This document shows, piece by piece, positions 38,688 through 51,448 of a DNA stretch of 64,000 nt (positions are counted from its first letter, which is position 1; each line of letters opens with the position of its first letter). The position numbers and the translations under genes are program-made. Source of the DNA: Somniosus microcephalus (Eukaryota); NCBI GenBank assembly GCA_052327205.1, contig CM126225.1, forward strand, positions 35,588,001-35,652,000, in the 5' to 3' direction. The notes under the pieces are model-generated. The model saw nothing but the letters and a program-made list of their open reading frames with translations, made no database searches and was not told where the DNA came from.

Positions 38688-38933
38688 GCTGATGGTAGCC
38701 ACCCCCAGCACCATAAGTGGATTTTTCTGGTTTTGATCCTCAAAGAAGTGATGGAAATAATGATATAGACTTCGACATTGATTTTGTGCTCAAATCGGCA
38801 CCACAGTAATCGACAGCAAGCAGTATTACTGTATGCGCTCCTGGATTTCCGTCAAATTAAACTTTACCGGGCCTATTTGTCAACCAGGCCTAAATAGAGC
38901 GCACCTTGTTTACAGAGATTTATATAATATTGT

Positions 38934-39680
38934 GGCCCGTAATTTGCGGTCAGCGGCGAAGCAAAGGCGTTCGGCGCTGGCCCCGAGGTAAGCTTCGCAC
39001 AAAGATCTTGCGATCCCTGTGGCGAGAAGTTCGGGTTTTTCCGATGCGTAACTGAAATCACCGGAAGCTAATGGGGATTCCCAGGGAAGAGCTACTGCGG
39101 CATCAACAAGCTGTCTAAGCAGCCAATCAAAACGCAGAATCCTCACAGGCAGCAAACCAGGACATGGGTAAGCTCCTTTGATTCTAACTTTTTTTAAATG
39201 TTAGAGAGAGCAAAATAAATATTAGGACTCCCACATGGGGAAAAGGCATACCTGAAGGAAAAATGAACAAACTTTATTTTTTTTTTAAAGTTTCTTAAAG
39301 ATTCTAATTTTTATTAAAATGAATAAGTTTGACACTCCACAGTGTCATAACCTTTGTTTAGCAGTCAATGCGTTGTTAAAATCCCAGTTACACCTAATCT
39401 GAAAGGGTCTAACTTTTAATAGGGTATTTAACAGTGGTATTACCGTGGAAGAGCCAAAGTTTTGGACAGTTTCTGCGATTTGACAGATTACACTGCTTGC
39501 CAACTCTGGGGGCGGGGGCACAGCACAGCCTGTGGAGGAGCAGTGAATGACAGACCGCAACTTCAGGATTTTCGCGTTAGGCTGCGCATGCGCTAAATCC
39601 TGATGTTGCAGTCAGTTTCAAAGGCGAAATGACGGCAAACGCTGCCAGTTCGCCGTCATCAGGGGCGCAAATTCCCGGCC
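38934..39680. mobile_element. Harbinger-type MITE
   Basis: TIR ggcccgtaatttgcg / cgcaaattcccggcc. CpG-rich ends with an AT-rich core. TSD not matching. Confidence 0.75.
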
Positions 39681-40349
39681 AATATAAATAAACAATATAT
39701 GTGATCTCAATCGGCTTCATTCACAACCCTTGAGCGCAGTGAAGGACAGAAAAAAATAACACGACCCTATTGAATTGTGAGTGTGCATTTTTTGTATCTC
39801 GCTTCCATCTGCTCCATTGAGACAAAATCACTGTTGCCTGAAGTGTACAGAAATCAAGGTTTGAGCACAGAAATTAAAATTACATTTAACATCATTTTTG
39901 CATCCACTCTCATTCACTTACTGCTTCCACTGTAGTGCTAGCAGATAGCTCTATCACTTCAGAATTCCATGTCAAGATGCAGCATAAAGAAACATCAATT
40001 CCACAGAGGTAGACCCAAAGATGTAGATTGAGAGTGGCTTAAAAACTGTACATAAAATTCACTGCCTTTGTGTATGAAGTAGAAAAAGCAACAAATGCCT
40101 TTCTTGGCGGGTTTTGGTGCCCCATTCTCTAGGATTTGTTACGAAACATAAGTCCGCTCAAGCTTTTTTGGGGGGATTTGTGACATGATCTGAACCCCAC
40201 AATGATTGGGTTATGTGCTGTATTTCACTGAAAGATGTACATAGGCTGGAAATTCACATTCACAGGACATTTTCAGCATAATTGTTGTAGTATTGGAAAT
40301 ATGAAGGTGGGGAGTTATTTACTCCAATCAAGTTAAAAATTCCCAGTTC

Positions 40350-40565
40350 AACAACAACTTGCATTTATATAGCGCCTTTAACATAGTAAAAGATTCCAAG
40401 GCACTTACAGGAGCGTTATTGAACAAGATTTGACACCGAGCCACATAAGGAGATAATAGGACAGGTGACCAAAAGCTTGGGCAAAGAGGGAGGTTTTAAG
40501 GGACATCACAGGAGGAGAGAGAGGTAGAGAGGTTCAGGAAGGAATTTCCAGTGCTAGGGGCCTAG
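40350..40565 (-). mobile_element. L2 LINE 3' end
   Basis: (CAA)n-cttgcatttatatagcgcc tail. Homologous to 49403-49640. Confidence 0.8.
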
Positions 40566-41102
40566 ACTCCCTTCAGCTGTGCTTGAGATGGGAAGCTGAT
40601 TTATCACATTAATACAGATGCCTGATATGAATCTCCAGTGGATTTCAATTGTAAATTAAAATATAGAGCAAGCATTGGACAGGTAGTTTAATTAAGGCCT
40701 CCTCTTGTATGAACTGACAGGGATCGCCTTCACTATAAATCTGGGGTTGAGCATGGGAATGTCTGTAAGTTCCTATTCAACTCACATTATTGTGAATAAA
40801 ACTGGAAGTGATGGCAAAGGAGTTTCAAACTCTAAAGGAGATTTGGAGCCAGGACAGTTGAGTCAGATATATTTTGAGTTTCTTTTTTTTAATCCATGTA
40901 GGTTTTCTCCTGCTAGTTAGGTTTCTTTATGACATTGTAGGAATCGTCAGATCCCTAGCTGAAATACTGAGGTCGAGTCAGTCCGATAATTAAACGAAGT
41001 TTAATGTAAACTAAAGAACAAACAATGGAATGCAGGAGAAACAATAAACAGGTCTTTTCTTAAGGCTGGCTTCACGAGGTCTGACCTGGGAACCTCCCAG
41101 CC

Positions 41103-41167
41103 TGACGTCATGACGTCATCACGTTTCCCGCCGTTCGGGACGTCACGTGACCAACGTGATGACGTCA
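41103..41167. promoter_or_regulatory. Cluster of CRE (TGACGTCA x3) and an E-box in the Gypsy LTR, repeated in the other LTR
   Basis: TGACGTCA at 41103, 41111 and 41160. gacgtCACGTGac at 41139-41151. Confidence 0.6.
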
Positions 41168-41489
41168 TCGCGCTGGTTCTGGAACTTACCGAGAACGGGT
41201 TATTTACAAACAGTAAACAAACATAGGTGCTGTAGCACTCTGTTAAAGGCAGTTATATAGTCATACAGGAGTCCCTTGGTGGCTTTGCCACATGCGCCCC
41301 CCCAGAAGTGTCTTTAACCACAAAAGTCAATCGCAGAGGAGGTTGGACAAGCCTGTTTGAATGACTCCGATATTCCCGGAGAGGAATGGGCTGGGCAGAC
41401 GATGAGCTGGCCTGCGGAACAGTCCGGTCAGGTGTGGCGGCAGCGGGCGGCCGCCCACGACGCGGTGGCTGTGCTGCCTCGACCGGTCG

Positions 41490-44400
41490 CTAGAGGTCCA
41501 GGTGCGCGGCCTTGAGGCAGTCCACAGAAATGTGGTCAGGCTTGCCCCCGACGTCCACTAAAAAACTCTTGGCACCCGCCTGCAGTACCTGGTAAGGGCC
41601 TGTATATGGAGATGTGAGAGGACTACGGTGGGCATCATGCCTGACAAAAATGAATTTAGCCTGTATAAGCTCCAGCAGTACATGTGACGCAGGCAAACCG
41701 TGATGTGACGTCGGAATTGGCCTAAAAGATTGAGCTGCGTCCCGGTGGGCCTCCAGTTGTTCAGCTGCCGACCAAGGTCGCGTTGGTGACGGAAGAAACT
41801 CGCCTGGCACCCGGAGTGGCTGTCCATAAACCAGCTCGGCGGCCGATGCCTGCAGGTCCTCTTTGGGCGCTGTGCGTAACCCGAGCATCACCCAAGGCAG
41901 CCTGTCTATCCATGCGCCCCCCTGGAGGCTGGCCCGCAGCGACGCCTTCAAGGACCGATGAAAGCGCTCACATAGTCCATTTGCCTGCGGATGGTAAGCC
42001 GTGGTCCGATGGAGCTTGGTGCCCAAACCCAAGGCTACGGCGTTCCACAGTGCAGACGAGAATTGCGGCCCGTGGTCCGACAAAATATCAGACGGAACGC
42101 CGAAACGTGCAACCCAGGAGGAAAGAAAAGCCCGGGCGAAATCCGCGGAGGTGGTGGACGTCAAAGGAATGGCCTCCGGCCACCTGGTGGTACGGTCGAC
42201 AATAATCAAGAGATGTGTGAAACCCTGTGACGGCGGTAGTGGGCCAACGAGGTCGACATGGACGTGATCGAAACGCCGCTCCGGTACTTCGAAAACGGCT
42301 ACGGGAGCTTTGACGTGCCGCTGCACCTTAGCCCGCTGGCGCACGACGCAGGTGTTGGCCCAGTTGCAGACATCCTTGCGCATCCCTCTCCAGACGAACT
42401 TGGACGCCAGTAGTTTTTGTGAAGCCCTCATGCCAGGGTGCGCAAGCCCGTGGATGGCATCGAAAACGTTCCTATGCCAGGACAGCGGAACGATCGGGCG
42501 GGGGTCCCCCAAGGAGACGTCGCAGAGCAAGGAGGTGCCGGCCGAGTGGAAAAGCACATCCGCTGGCTGAAGGCAGGAGGAGTCAGTACGGAAAGCTTGC
42601 GTTTCCGGATCAGCCGCTTGGTCAGCAGCATTGAGTGAGTAATCAAGTCCCAGCTGGACGGCCTGGACCGTCGCACGCGAGAGGCAATCGGCGACCACGT
42701 TGTCCTTGTCGGCCACGCGCCGGATGTCGGTAGTGAACTGAGAAATAAAGGCGAGCTGTCGTTGCTGTCGAGCTGACCACGGCTCAGCCGTCTTGGCCAT
42801 GGCAAACGTCAGGGGCTTGTGATCCACAAACGCGGTGAATTGGCGTCCCTCCAACAGAAAACGAAAATGGCGGATGGCCAGAAACAACGCCAACAACTCC
42901 CTGTCGAACGTGCTGTAGCTGCGTTCATTACGACGCAATTGGCGACTAAAAAACGCCAGCGGTTGCCACGCCCGTCAACCCATTGCTCCTGCACGGCGCC
43001 TACGGCGTAGTCCGAAGCGTCAGTCGTAGGCGGGTGCGCCAACATCGTTGCATTTGCAAGAGCATTTTTCGTGTCCACAAAAGCGCAATCCATCTCTGGT
43101 GTCCAGACCACACGTTCCTTCCCCGGTTTCCCTCTGAGTGCCTCGTAGAGTGGCTGCATAAGCTGCGCGGCCCGGGGAACAAACCGATGGTAAAAATTTA
43201 CCATACCGAGGAACTCCTGGTGCGCTTTAACGGATTGCGGGCGTGGAAAAGCAGCAATCGCCTCCACCTTCGACCGAAGTGGCACTGCTCCTTCCTCAGT
43301 GATGCGGTGGCCCAAAAAGTCGATCTGTCGCAGCCCAAATTGGCATTTGGCCGGGTTAATTATGAGGCCATGCTGATGGAGGCGGCGAAAAAGGAGGCGC
43401 AGGTGGCTGAGATGTTCCTCTTTCGAAGTACTGGCGACCAGGATGTCATCGCGATACACAAACAGGAACTTAAGATCCCGCAGCACTGAATCCATAAGGC
43501 GCTGGAACGCCTGCGCCGCATTCTGGAGCCCGAACGGCATTCGGAGGAATTCAAAAAGTCCGAACGGGGTAATGACCGCCGCCTTCTGGATGTCCTGGGG
43601 GTGGACGGGCACCTGATGGTAACCCCCGGACGGGGTAATGACCGCCGCCTTCTGGATGTCCTGGGGGTGGACGGGCACTCGATGGTACCCCCGGACGGGG
43701 TAATGACCGCGTCTTCTGGATGTCCTGGGGGTGGACGGGCACCTGATGGTAACCCCGGACGGGGTAATGACCGCGTCTTCTGGATGTCCTGGGGGTGGAC
43801 GGGCACTTGATGGTAACCCCGGACGGGGTAATGACCGCGCCTTCTGGATGTCCTGGGGGTGGACGGGCACTCGATGGTAACCCCCGGACGGGGTAATGAC
43901 CGCGTCTTCTGGATGTCCTGGGGGTGGACGGGCACCTGATGGTAACCCCGGACGGGGTAATGACCGCTGTCTTCTGGATGTCCTGGGGGTGGACAGGCAC
44001 TAGATGGTACCCCCGGACGGGGTAATGACCGCCGCCTTCTGGATGTCCTGGGGGTGGACGGGCACTTGATGGTAACCCCCGGACGGGGTAATGACCGCCG
44101 TCTTCTGGATGTCCTGGGGGTGGACGGGCACTTGATGGTAACCCCCGGACGGGGTAATGACCGCCGTCTTCTGGATGTCCTGGGGGTGGACGGGCACTTG
44201 ATGGTAACCCCCGGACGGGGTAATGACCGCCGTCTTCTGGATGTCCTGGGGGTGGACGGGCACTCGATGGTACCCCCGGACGGGGTAATGACCGCCGTCT
44301 TCTGGATGTCCTGGGGGTGGACGGGCACCTGATGGTAACCCCCGGACAAGGTCGATTTTGGAAAAAAACGAATTGCCCGCCAAATGTGCGGAGAAATTTT

Positions 44401-45823
44401 GGATGTACAGTATTGGGTACCGGTCGGGCGTCGTGACCTCATTGAGGCGCCAATAATCGCCGCAGGGCCGCCAACCACCGCCGGGCTTAGGGACGATATG
44501 AAGTGGCGAAGACCAGGGACTATCTGACCGGCGAACAATCCCCAGCCGTTCCATGGTGGCGAACTCCGCCTTCGCGGCCTCGAGTTTACTGGGTTCCAGC
44601 CGCCGAGCCCGGGCATAGACCGGAGGGACGGTCGTCACGATGTGGTGCTCCACACCATGTTTAGCGGTCGTTGCCGAGAAGGTGGGCCGAGTTAGATCCG
44701 GAAATTCCCCGAGAAGGCGGGCGAAGTCGTCAGGCGCCGGCCCGGTGCAGGAAACCGCGTGAGTCGCGCCTAAGCCCTGAAAGCACGGGATGGAGGCAAA
44801 CGTGGCAGCGTGAATCAGACGGCGATTTCATAAATCAACCAATAGGCCATTGGCACAGAAGAAGTCAGCGCCGAGGATTGCCTGTGCGATTTGGGCGGTG
44901 ATAAACTCCCATAGGAAACGTTGCCCGCCGAAACACACCTGGATCTGCCGCTTCCCGAACGTACGAATAGCACTGCCGTTGGCGGCCTGGAGTGGAGAAC
45001 CGCGCCTCCCGGCCCTGACATCGAGCAGTGAAGCGGGGAGGATGCTGCACTGGGCGCCCGTGTCACACAAAAACCGCCGGCCCGAAATGGAGTCGGTGAT
45101 ATAAAGTAACTTCCCGGAATCTCCAACCACCATCGTAGATGTAAAACCGACCTCGGGGTTGTTCTTCCGTTCACGCAGTCGGTGCTGTTGCTTTCTCGTT
45201 GCATTCGGCACGAAACTACAGGGAGCACAGCAGCATCTGGCTTTTGGGCCGAAACGGGCGTGATAGTAACAGAGACCGGATGGTGGAGGCGCCAAGGCGG
45301 GGTTCTTCGGGGCGGGACGCTTCGAGGTGGCGCAGTACTGCTGCAGCACCGCATAAATAGTGTCGGCTTCGGCCGCGAGCGCTACACCGTCCGTAGCCTT
45401 CGACCTGGTGAGGGCTGCTTGCACCTGCTCGGGGAGCTGGCTCAGGAACAGTTCCCGGAACAGAAAACACTGCGGCTCAGAACCAAGGAGCGTGAGCATC
45501 TGGCTCATCAACTCAGACGGCTTGGCGTCGCCTAACCCGGGCAGTGTGAGTAAACGTCGCGCGCGCTCCGCTTTTGTGAGGCCGAAAACCTGCGTTAGTC
45601 ACGCCTTAAGCGTATCATACTTGTTATCCACGGGTGGGTTTTCCAGCAGGCTGATGATCCTCGAAGCCGTCGAGTTGTCCAGTGCGGAGACCACGTAAAG
45701 ATAACGGGTCTGATCCAGCACGATGTTCCGAAGTTGGAACTGAGCCTCCGCTTGGACGAACCAGGAGGCCGCCTGTTGTTCCCAAAATTGAGGGAGCTTC
45801 AAGGTCACTGCATTAACATCCAT
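41490..45823 (-). pseudogene. Gypsy gag-pol, frameshifted
   Basis: gag VTLKLPQFW and CYYHARFG..C..PC. Protease FLCDTGA. RT RMPFGL/YRDD. RNaseH DASD, ELLA. Integrase H-H-C zinc region, HVDLVGP, SDHG, CERFHR and GPY. Confidence 0.93.
43564..44345 (-). repeat. Tandem array of 12 x 64-66 bp inside the Gypsy RT
   Basis: Unit encodes GYHQVPVHPQDIQKTAVITP. Unit starts counted at 43564, 43630, 43695, 43759, 43823, 43888, 43952, 44017, 44083, 44149, 44215, 44280. Confidence 0.95.
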
Positions 45824-46364
45824 CGTGCTGCATCGCGCTTCCTCCGCGAAAATCGTCCGCGAAGCTTTGGGGTCACCACTGTAGGAATCGTCAGATCCCT
45901 AGCTGAAATACTGAGGTCGAGTCAGCCGATAATTAAACGAAGTTTAATGTAAACTAAAGAACAAACAATGGAATGCAGGAGAAACAATAAACAGGTCTTT
46001 TCTTAAGGCTGGCTTCACGAGGTCTGACCTGGGAACCTCCCAGCCTGACGTCATGACGTCATCACGTTTCCCGCCGTTCAGGACGTCACGTGACCAACGT
46101 GATGACGTCATCGCGCTGGTTCTGGAACTTACCGAGAACGGGTTATTTACAAACAGTAAACAAACATAGGTGCTGTAGCACTCTGTTAAAGGCAGTTATA
46201 TAGTCATATACAGGAGTCCCTTGGTGGCTTTGCCACAACATGAGTGTATATATGTGCAATATATATTTTATTTATGATAGGGGAAAGTACTGGTTTGGAG
46301 TACTTATATATTCTTGTGTATCTGAAGACAGAAAGCAGACATATGAAGGAGTAGATATAGAGAA

Positions 46365-46662
46365 CCTATTTTCTGAGTTCTAGAACAAGGGGGCATAACC
46401 TTAAAATTAGAGCTAGGCAATTGAGGGATGATGCCGGGAAGCACTTCTTCACACAAAGGGTAGTGGAAATCTGGAACCCTCTTCCTCTAAAAGCTTCCTT
46501 CAAAAGGTCAGCTGAAAGTGTAAAGACTGAGATTGATAGTTTTTTATCAGGCAAGGGCATTAAGGGTTACAGAACCAAGGTGGGTAGATGGAGTTAAGAT
46601 ACAGATCAGGCATGATTTAATTGAATGCTGGAACAGGCTCAAGGGCCTACTCCTGTTCCTAT
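46365..46662 (+). mobile_element. CR1 3' fragment
   Basis: SRTRGHNLKI...FFTQRVVEIWNPL and a CR1 3' UTR. Confidence 0.85.
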
Positions 46663-47942
46663 GAATGTACAGCAAAATAAGTATAAATAAATATAAAGGA
46701 AATGGCTGATATGTCCTACTGGCATTCATGACAATAAACGTAAACAAATTAATCAAGTGCTTCATGACATAAGATACTTTGTGTACACTCCATCCTGGTG
46801 ACGTTGACATCAACCCAACAGCGCAATGCCATGAAGCTGATGGTTTTGGCAGCCAATGAAGCGAGAAATGGCTCTAGATAGCCACAGTGCTTGCATTTTT
46901 TAATATACAGGATGATAGTAGCTGTCAAGTGGTTAAAAGAGGTGATTTCAGTAAAATCATATTGATTCAGGCCAGCAGCTGCCATGGAGAGTTCATGCTT
47001 CAAGAGTTGCAGGTGCTGAGAAAGAACAAAACATTCTCTGCCAAATAAACAGCATCTGCTGCTGTGGGAATAAATCAGAACTGACTGAAATGGGGCAGAA
47101 AAACGGTCAAAAAAAAATTTGAGGCACAGATGCTAAATTGTATTTGTGTTCCTTTTTAGACTCGTTCCTGCTCTTTATTCCTTTCCTGGATGCAGCAGAT
47201 GTAGCTACTCTGTGGCAGAACAATTGAGGAATTCAAAATATTGCCGCTAGAAATGTCACCAGAACGAGGATTGCTCATTTTTTTTCCCTTTTGTGGCCAA
47301 GCCGTTCCTTCTTTCTCTCTGGTTTCCTTGGAACAAGCACCATCCATATTGGAGAGAACAATCCTCTTGCTCCCAGGCCACAGCACTAGGAGGTGTGTGA
47401 GGGTAGCTCTGTGATTATTCTTCCCTCACTGTAGGGAAGCAGCTTATCTCTGCTCTCTATTTCCCTGTGGTTACACGGGTTACATTAGCAGTTCAGGCAT
47501 CCACAAAGAGTAAAGATGACTCTTGGAAGGAAATGTGAAAGTGCAAAGTCATGTGACCTCCTAATAACAGTTCAGCAAACCTCAACCTCCAGAGACCGCC
47601 TCCCTCTGTGCTGAACTTGAGAGGAGAGATCCATACCAAACATCCCCTTTTCTCCCTTCCATCCTCTATTAATACTGTTCTAAACTTATTAGCATAGTTC
47701 ACTGTGTTTATCAACATGACACAATAACATAATGAATATTGCAAAAACATTATCAACCATGTCATTGTGTTGAAAGCTATGCTGAGCTCTTCCATCCTGT
47801 TTCCTTCCCTCTGGAACAGTTTCCCTTTAATGTTGGCTTGACTGCATTTTAAAAAAAGCCTCCTTGTACAAAGAGGTCATATTCGTTTCTGTAACACTAA
47901 AAGTCAAACTGCCACATTCACCGACAATTTCCATTTCTTCAG

Positions 47943-47991
47943 ACCAACAATAAACAAGGAATATGTGGCACATAGATACAGCTGTGTGCAG
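47943..47991 (+). other. Candidate small exon or alternative 5' exon
   Basis: ttccatttcttcag acceptor and consensus cag|gtaagt donor within non-repetitive DNA, 3.4 kb upstream of the ZNF385 exon. Confidence 0.25.
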
Positions 47992-49402
47992 GTAAGTACA
48001 GTTAATCAAATTCTCCCCTGGCGCCAATAACGTTTGGTGGAGGTCATGGGTTATGAATAAGGCCCATTCCTATTGGGTTTTTGGCAGTTCCACACAACTA
48101 TTTGCACAAATGCCTTTTGTGAACGTGGGCTCCAGCCGATCTGCCAGATCACTAAGTACTGTATTCATTTCTTCATTCAGTCGACAAGACTAAATTGAAA
48201 GGGTAGAAATTTAAAAACATGTGTGGAATGCTAAACTATCTGGATCACATACGTTGAGCATTGAAAAACCCTGTTTAAGAGGAATAAGGTAAGAATCAGA
48301 CATTCGCTTTTAGTTGCTTCATCCTCAAATCTGTAGGAATAAAAGTGATAAAAGGTTTAATATTTGTGAAACATCAGAATATTTTGTCAAAGGCTGTAGA
48401 TGGAAAGAACAGGACTCGTCATTTGTATGGTATAAATCGGATTTTTGTTCTGTTATATTTATTGATCACAATTTATTTCAAGTGTTTCATAAACCTCGAT
48501 ACAATGGCTGGAATATTTTGCTTCAGAACTCTGGAACATTCTGCTGAGCATATATGAGGAAATTGTACACCCCCAGCCTGTGTCTTTCAGACCATTAAAT
48601 TAATGACTGAAAAGTTACGGGCTAGGGATGTGGAAATATGTGTTCCCAGTATGCTCCTGGAACACTGAAGCAGCAAATACTGGCCAATCTGACTCATCTC
48701 CAGGCAAATGCACTGCGGTTCCCATTTAAGTTTCTGCAGTGATTTCTTTATGATCAGAGTGTTTTTTTTTTTTAAAAAAACAATAATTACTTAAATTCTT
48801 ATGAAGGTTGTTTCACATTTTAATCAGCCTAAGCAGTAAGTCTTGCATTTGATTTAATAGAGCCAAATAGTGGGAAAATGCAATGGATGCCCTGCGTACC
48901 TCCTGAGGGGAAACGGTATCTAATGCCAATTGTGAGCTTGTGTGATAGCAGTTTTGTGCTTCTCTTTCATCGTGCCCTGCTGTTGGTGATTGCAATTGCA
49001 AATGAGGTTGGTGCCAGTGGCTCTTTAGGTAAATTTGTTGCCCGGTATGGATCCCAGGAAGGTCTCGGGTCTAATCCCTGATCTGTGCTGAATTAACTGA
49101 TCTGAGCCAACCTGGCAGTAGTGGTGCTACAATTGGCCTTGGTTAAGGGGGGTGGTTGTGGGGTGAGGGTGGCAGTGCAAACAGCCAAGATCCCCGCTTC
49201 TGATTGTTATCCTGTGTGAATGTTTAGTGAGGACTTGTTTGGGCTTAGCTATGATGCCCTCCACAGTTAAATAACCTGCCAGCATTCGTTGTTTGGGTTC
49301 ACACATGAAGAATGATCTTTTGAGTAAGGTACTTGTGGGAAGCCACTGCCTACCTAGAGAAAGGAGTTCTGTTTATATACAACGTTGTCACGTCTCTCAA
49401 AA

Positions 49403-49850
49403 ACAACAACAACAACAACTTGTATTTATATAGCGCCTTTAACATAGTAAAACGCCTCAAGGCGCTTCACAGGAGTGATTAGCAAACCGAATTTGACACC
49501 GAGCCACATAAGGAGATATTAGGGCAGATGATCAAAAGCTTGGTCTCAAACAGGTAGGTTTTAAGGAGCGGCTTAAAGGAGGAAAGAGAGCTAGCGAGGC
49601 GGCGAGATTTAGGGAGGTAATTCCAGAGTTTAGGGCCTCGGCAGCTGAAGGAGCAGCCCCCAATGGTGGAGCGATGAAAATCGGGGATGATCAAGAGGCC
49701 AGAATTGGAGGAGCAGAGGAGGTTACAGAGATAGGGAGGGGGGGCGAGGCCGTGGAGAGATTTGAAAACAAGGATGAGAATTTTAAAATCGAGGCATTGC
49801 TCAACCGGGAGCCAATGTAGGCCAGCGAGCACAGGGGCGATGGGAACCAA
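49403..49850 (-). mobile_element. L2 LINE 3' end
   Basis: PVLAGLHWLPV..CLDFKILILVFKSLHGLAPPYL. (CAA)n tail. Confidence 0.9.
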
Positions 49851-50413
49851 AAGGCTTAAAGCTGAATGGGACCAGCATTTTAAACATCAGGCACTGATTC
49901 TAAATCGTTGATGGCATTTCAACCAATCAGGCTGCCAGCGGGGTGCTGAGAGTCGTATTGTAGAGTAGTGGCCTTGTGTGTATCAGCATGCAAATGAAGT
50001 GTGAAGAAAAGCAGCTGTAAACATTCTGTTCTGTTAAACAAAATATGAGGAAACGAGCAAGCGATGTGTAAAGATACAGGGCAGGGGTGAAGTGAGGATG
50101 GAATTACGCTTACTGGTACATTTTATGGATCTCTAGAGCTTTTAAGTTAAATATGGGATTTAGAAAATATATTTTATGATTAGAAATAGCACTCCATACA
50201 GCTTTAGACTGTGAGTGCTCACAGGGCCTACATAGAATCGCACTACTCAGTGCGTAGTCTTACAGTCTTTTTATACTGAACTGGCTCACACCAGTTCGAA
50301 TAAGATGGTAGTCCAATTCCAATCATTCTAAACATACACAGACCTCAGGGTAAGGACAGAATCTGGCTCATCTGAGATGTCCTTCGACGGTCACCTAGCC
50401 TGCTGACACTCAA

Positions 50414-51019
50414 GGGACGATTTTAACCCTACCTGCCCAGCGGAAAACAGGCAGCTAAAATAGTCTGGGAATTTTTACCCGCTGACATCCCACTCCCGTG
50501 CCCGCTGTCTTCTGTTGGCGTCATCGGGCCCCGACGGCAATTTTAACTGCTGGCCTGAGCAGGGAAGACGTTGTAGCTTTCCCGCCAGGTGAAGTTAGCA
50601 GGAAGAGTAGCTGAAGCCAGAAGAGGCCCAAACAGGTCATTTTTTTTTTTACGCTTCTTGTGAGGCCAGAGGAGCGGGATTATTCCCCCGGGCTCCCACA
50701 AGGAAAGTTTAGGTCTTCCCTACCCCGGGCACCACCACCACCCCCTACCCACCACCATCCCTCCCGCCCCCCCCTGATCAGGAGACTCTCTCGAAACCCC
50801 CCACCACGCGATTTATCTGAGGTCCAGCAACCATTCTTTCTGTCCCAGCCGGCGGTGAGTGTCCTCTTCCTACCGGTCTTGGGCGGGCAACTGAACCGGG
50901 CATGCAGATGAGGCTCAGAAATTAAAATCTCTGAAATTCACACTGCCGAGGTCCAAGGGGGCTCAGCTCTCACCTTGCCCTCCACCCACCCAATTCTCGC
51001 TCTGGGTTAAAATCGGGCC
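50414..51019. mobile_element. Harbinger-type MITE inserted in a SINE
   Basis: TIR gggacgattttaaccc / gggttaaaatcgggcc. No clean TSD. Confidence 0.75.
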
Positions 51020-51448
51020 TTCACTCTCCAGGTTCAACATGAACTATGGCTATTCGGTTCAGGTTATGGAGGTAGGTTTGTTTCGGATAAATCCAAAATG
51101 TGAAAAGAGTCCTTGTTTCAAAGTTCAGGGATGCAGTGCCAAGTTTTTCACGCTTATAAACAGGTGTCTGCTTTCACTTGAAGCTCAGGGGTGGCATACT
51201 CCATTGGGAAATTCTTTTTGTTTGAGATATGTTCTCGAAATAGCTTGTGACATACTTTCAAAAGGGAAGGCTCACCTGGCATTGATATCAGCAGCAAACC
51301 TTTATTTCAAAATGCTAAATACTGAACAATCATTTAAAATCTGCTACTGAAGGGGTGTCATGTGCTGTGTGTGTGTGTTTTATAAGCTTGGCACAGTTAG
51401 CAAGGCAATTATAATTAATCACTATACCTTCCTTCTGTGTTTCTGCAG

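Larger units (their letters stand above)
40936..46237 (-). mobile_element. Full-length Ty3/Gypsy LTR retrotransposon
   Basis: LTRs 40936-41292 and 45880-46237 (TG...CA). TSD ACAT. PBS TGGTGACCCC (45869-45878, tRNA-Trp type). G-rich PPT at about 41293-41303. Domain order gag-PR-RT-RH-IN. Confidence 0.97.

Noticed and set aside
43564-44345. CRISPR-like array
   Set aside because: Units are head-to-tail near-identical with no unique spacers, and derive from RT coding sequence.
40936-46237. Bacterial contamination suggested by high GC/CpG
   Set aside because: LTRs, TSD, PBS and gag-pol domains show an integrated retrotransposon.
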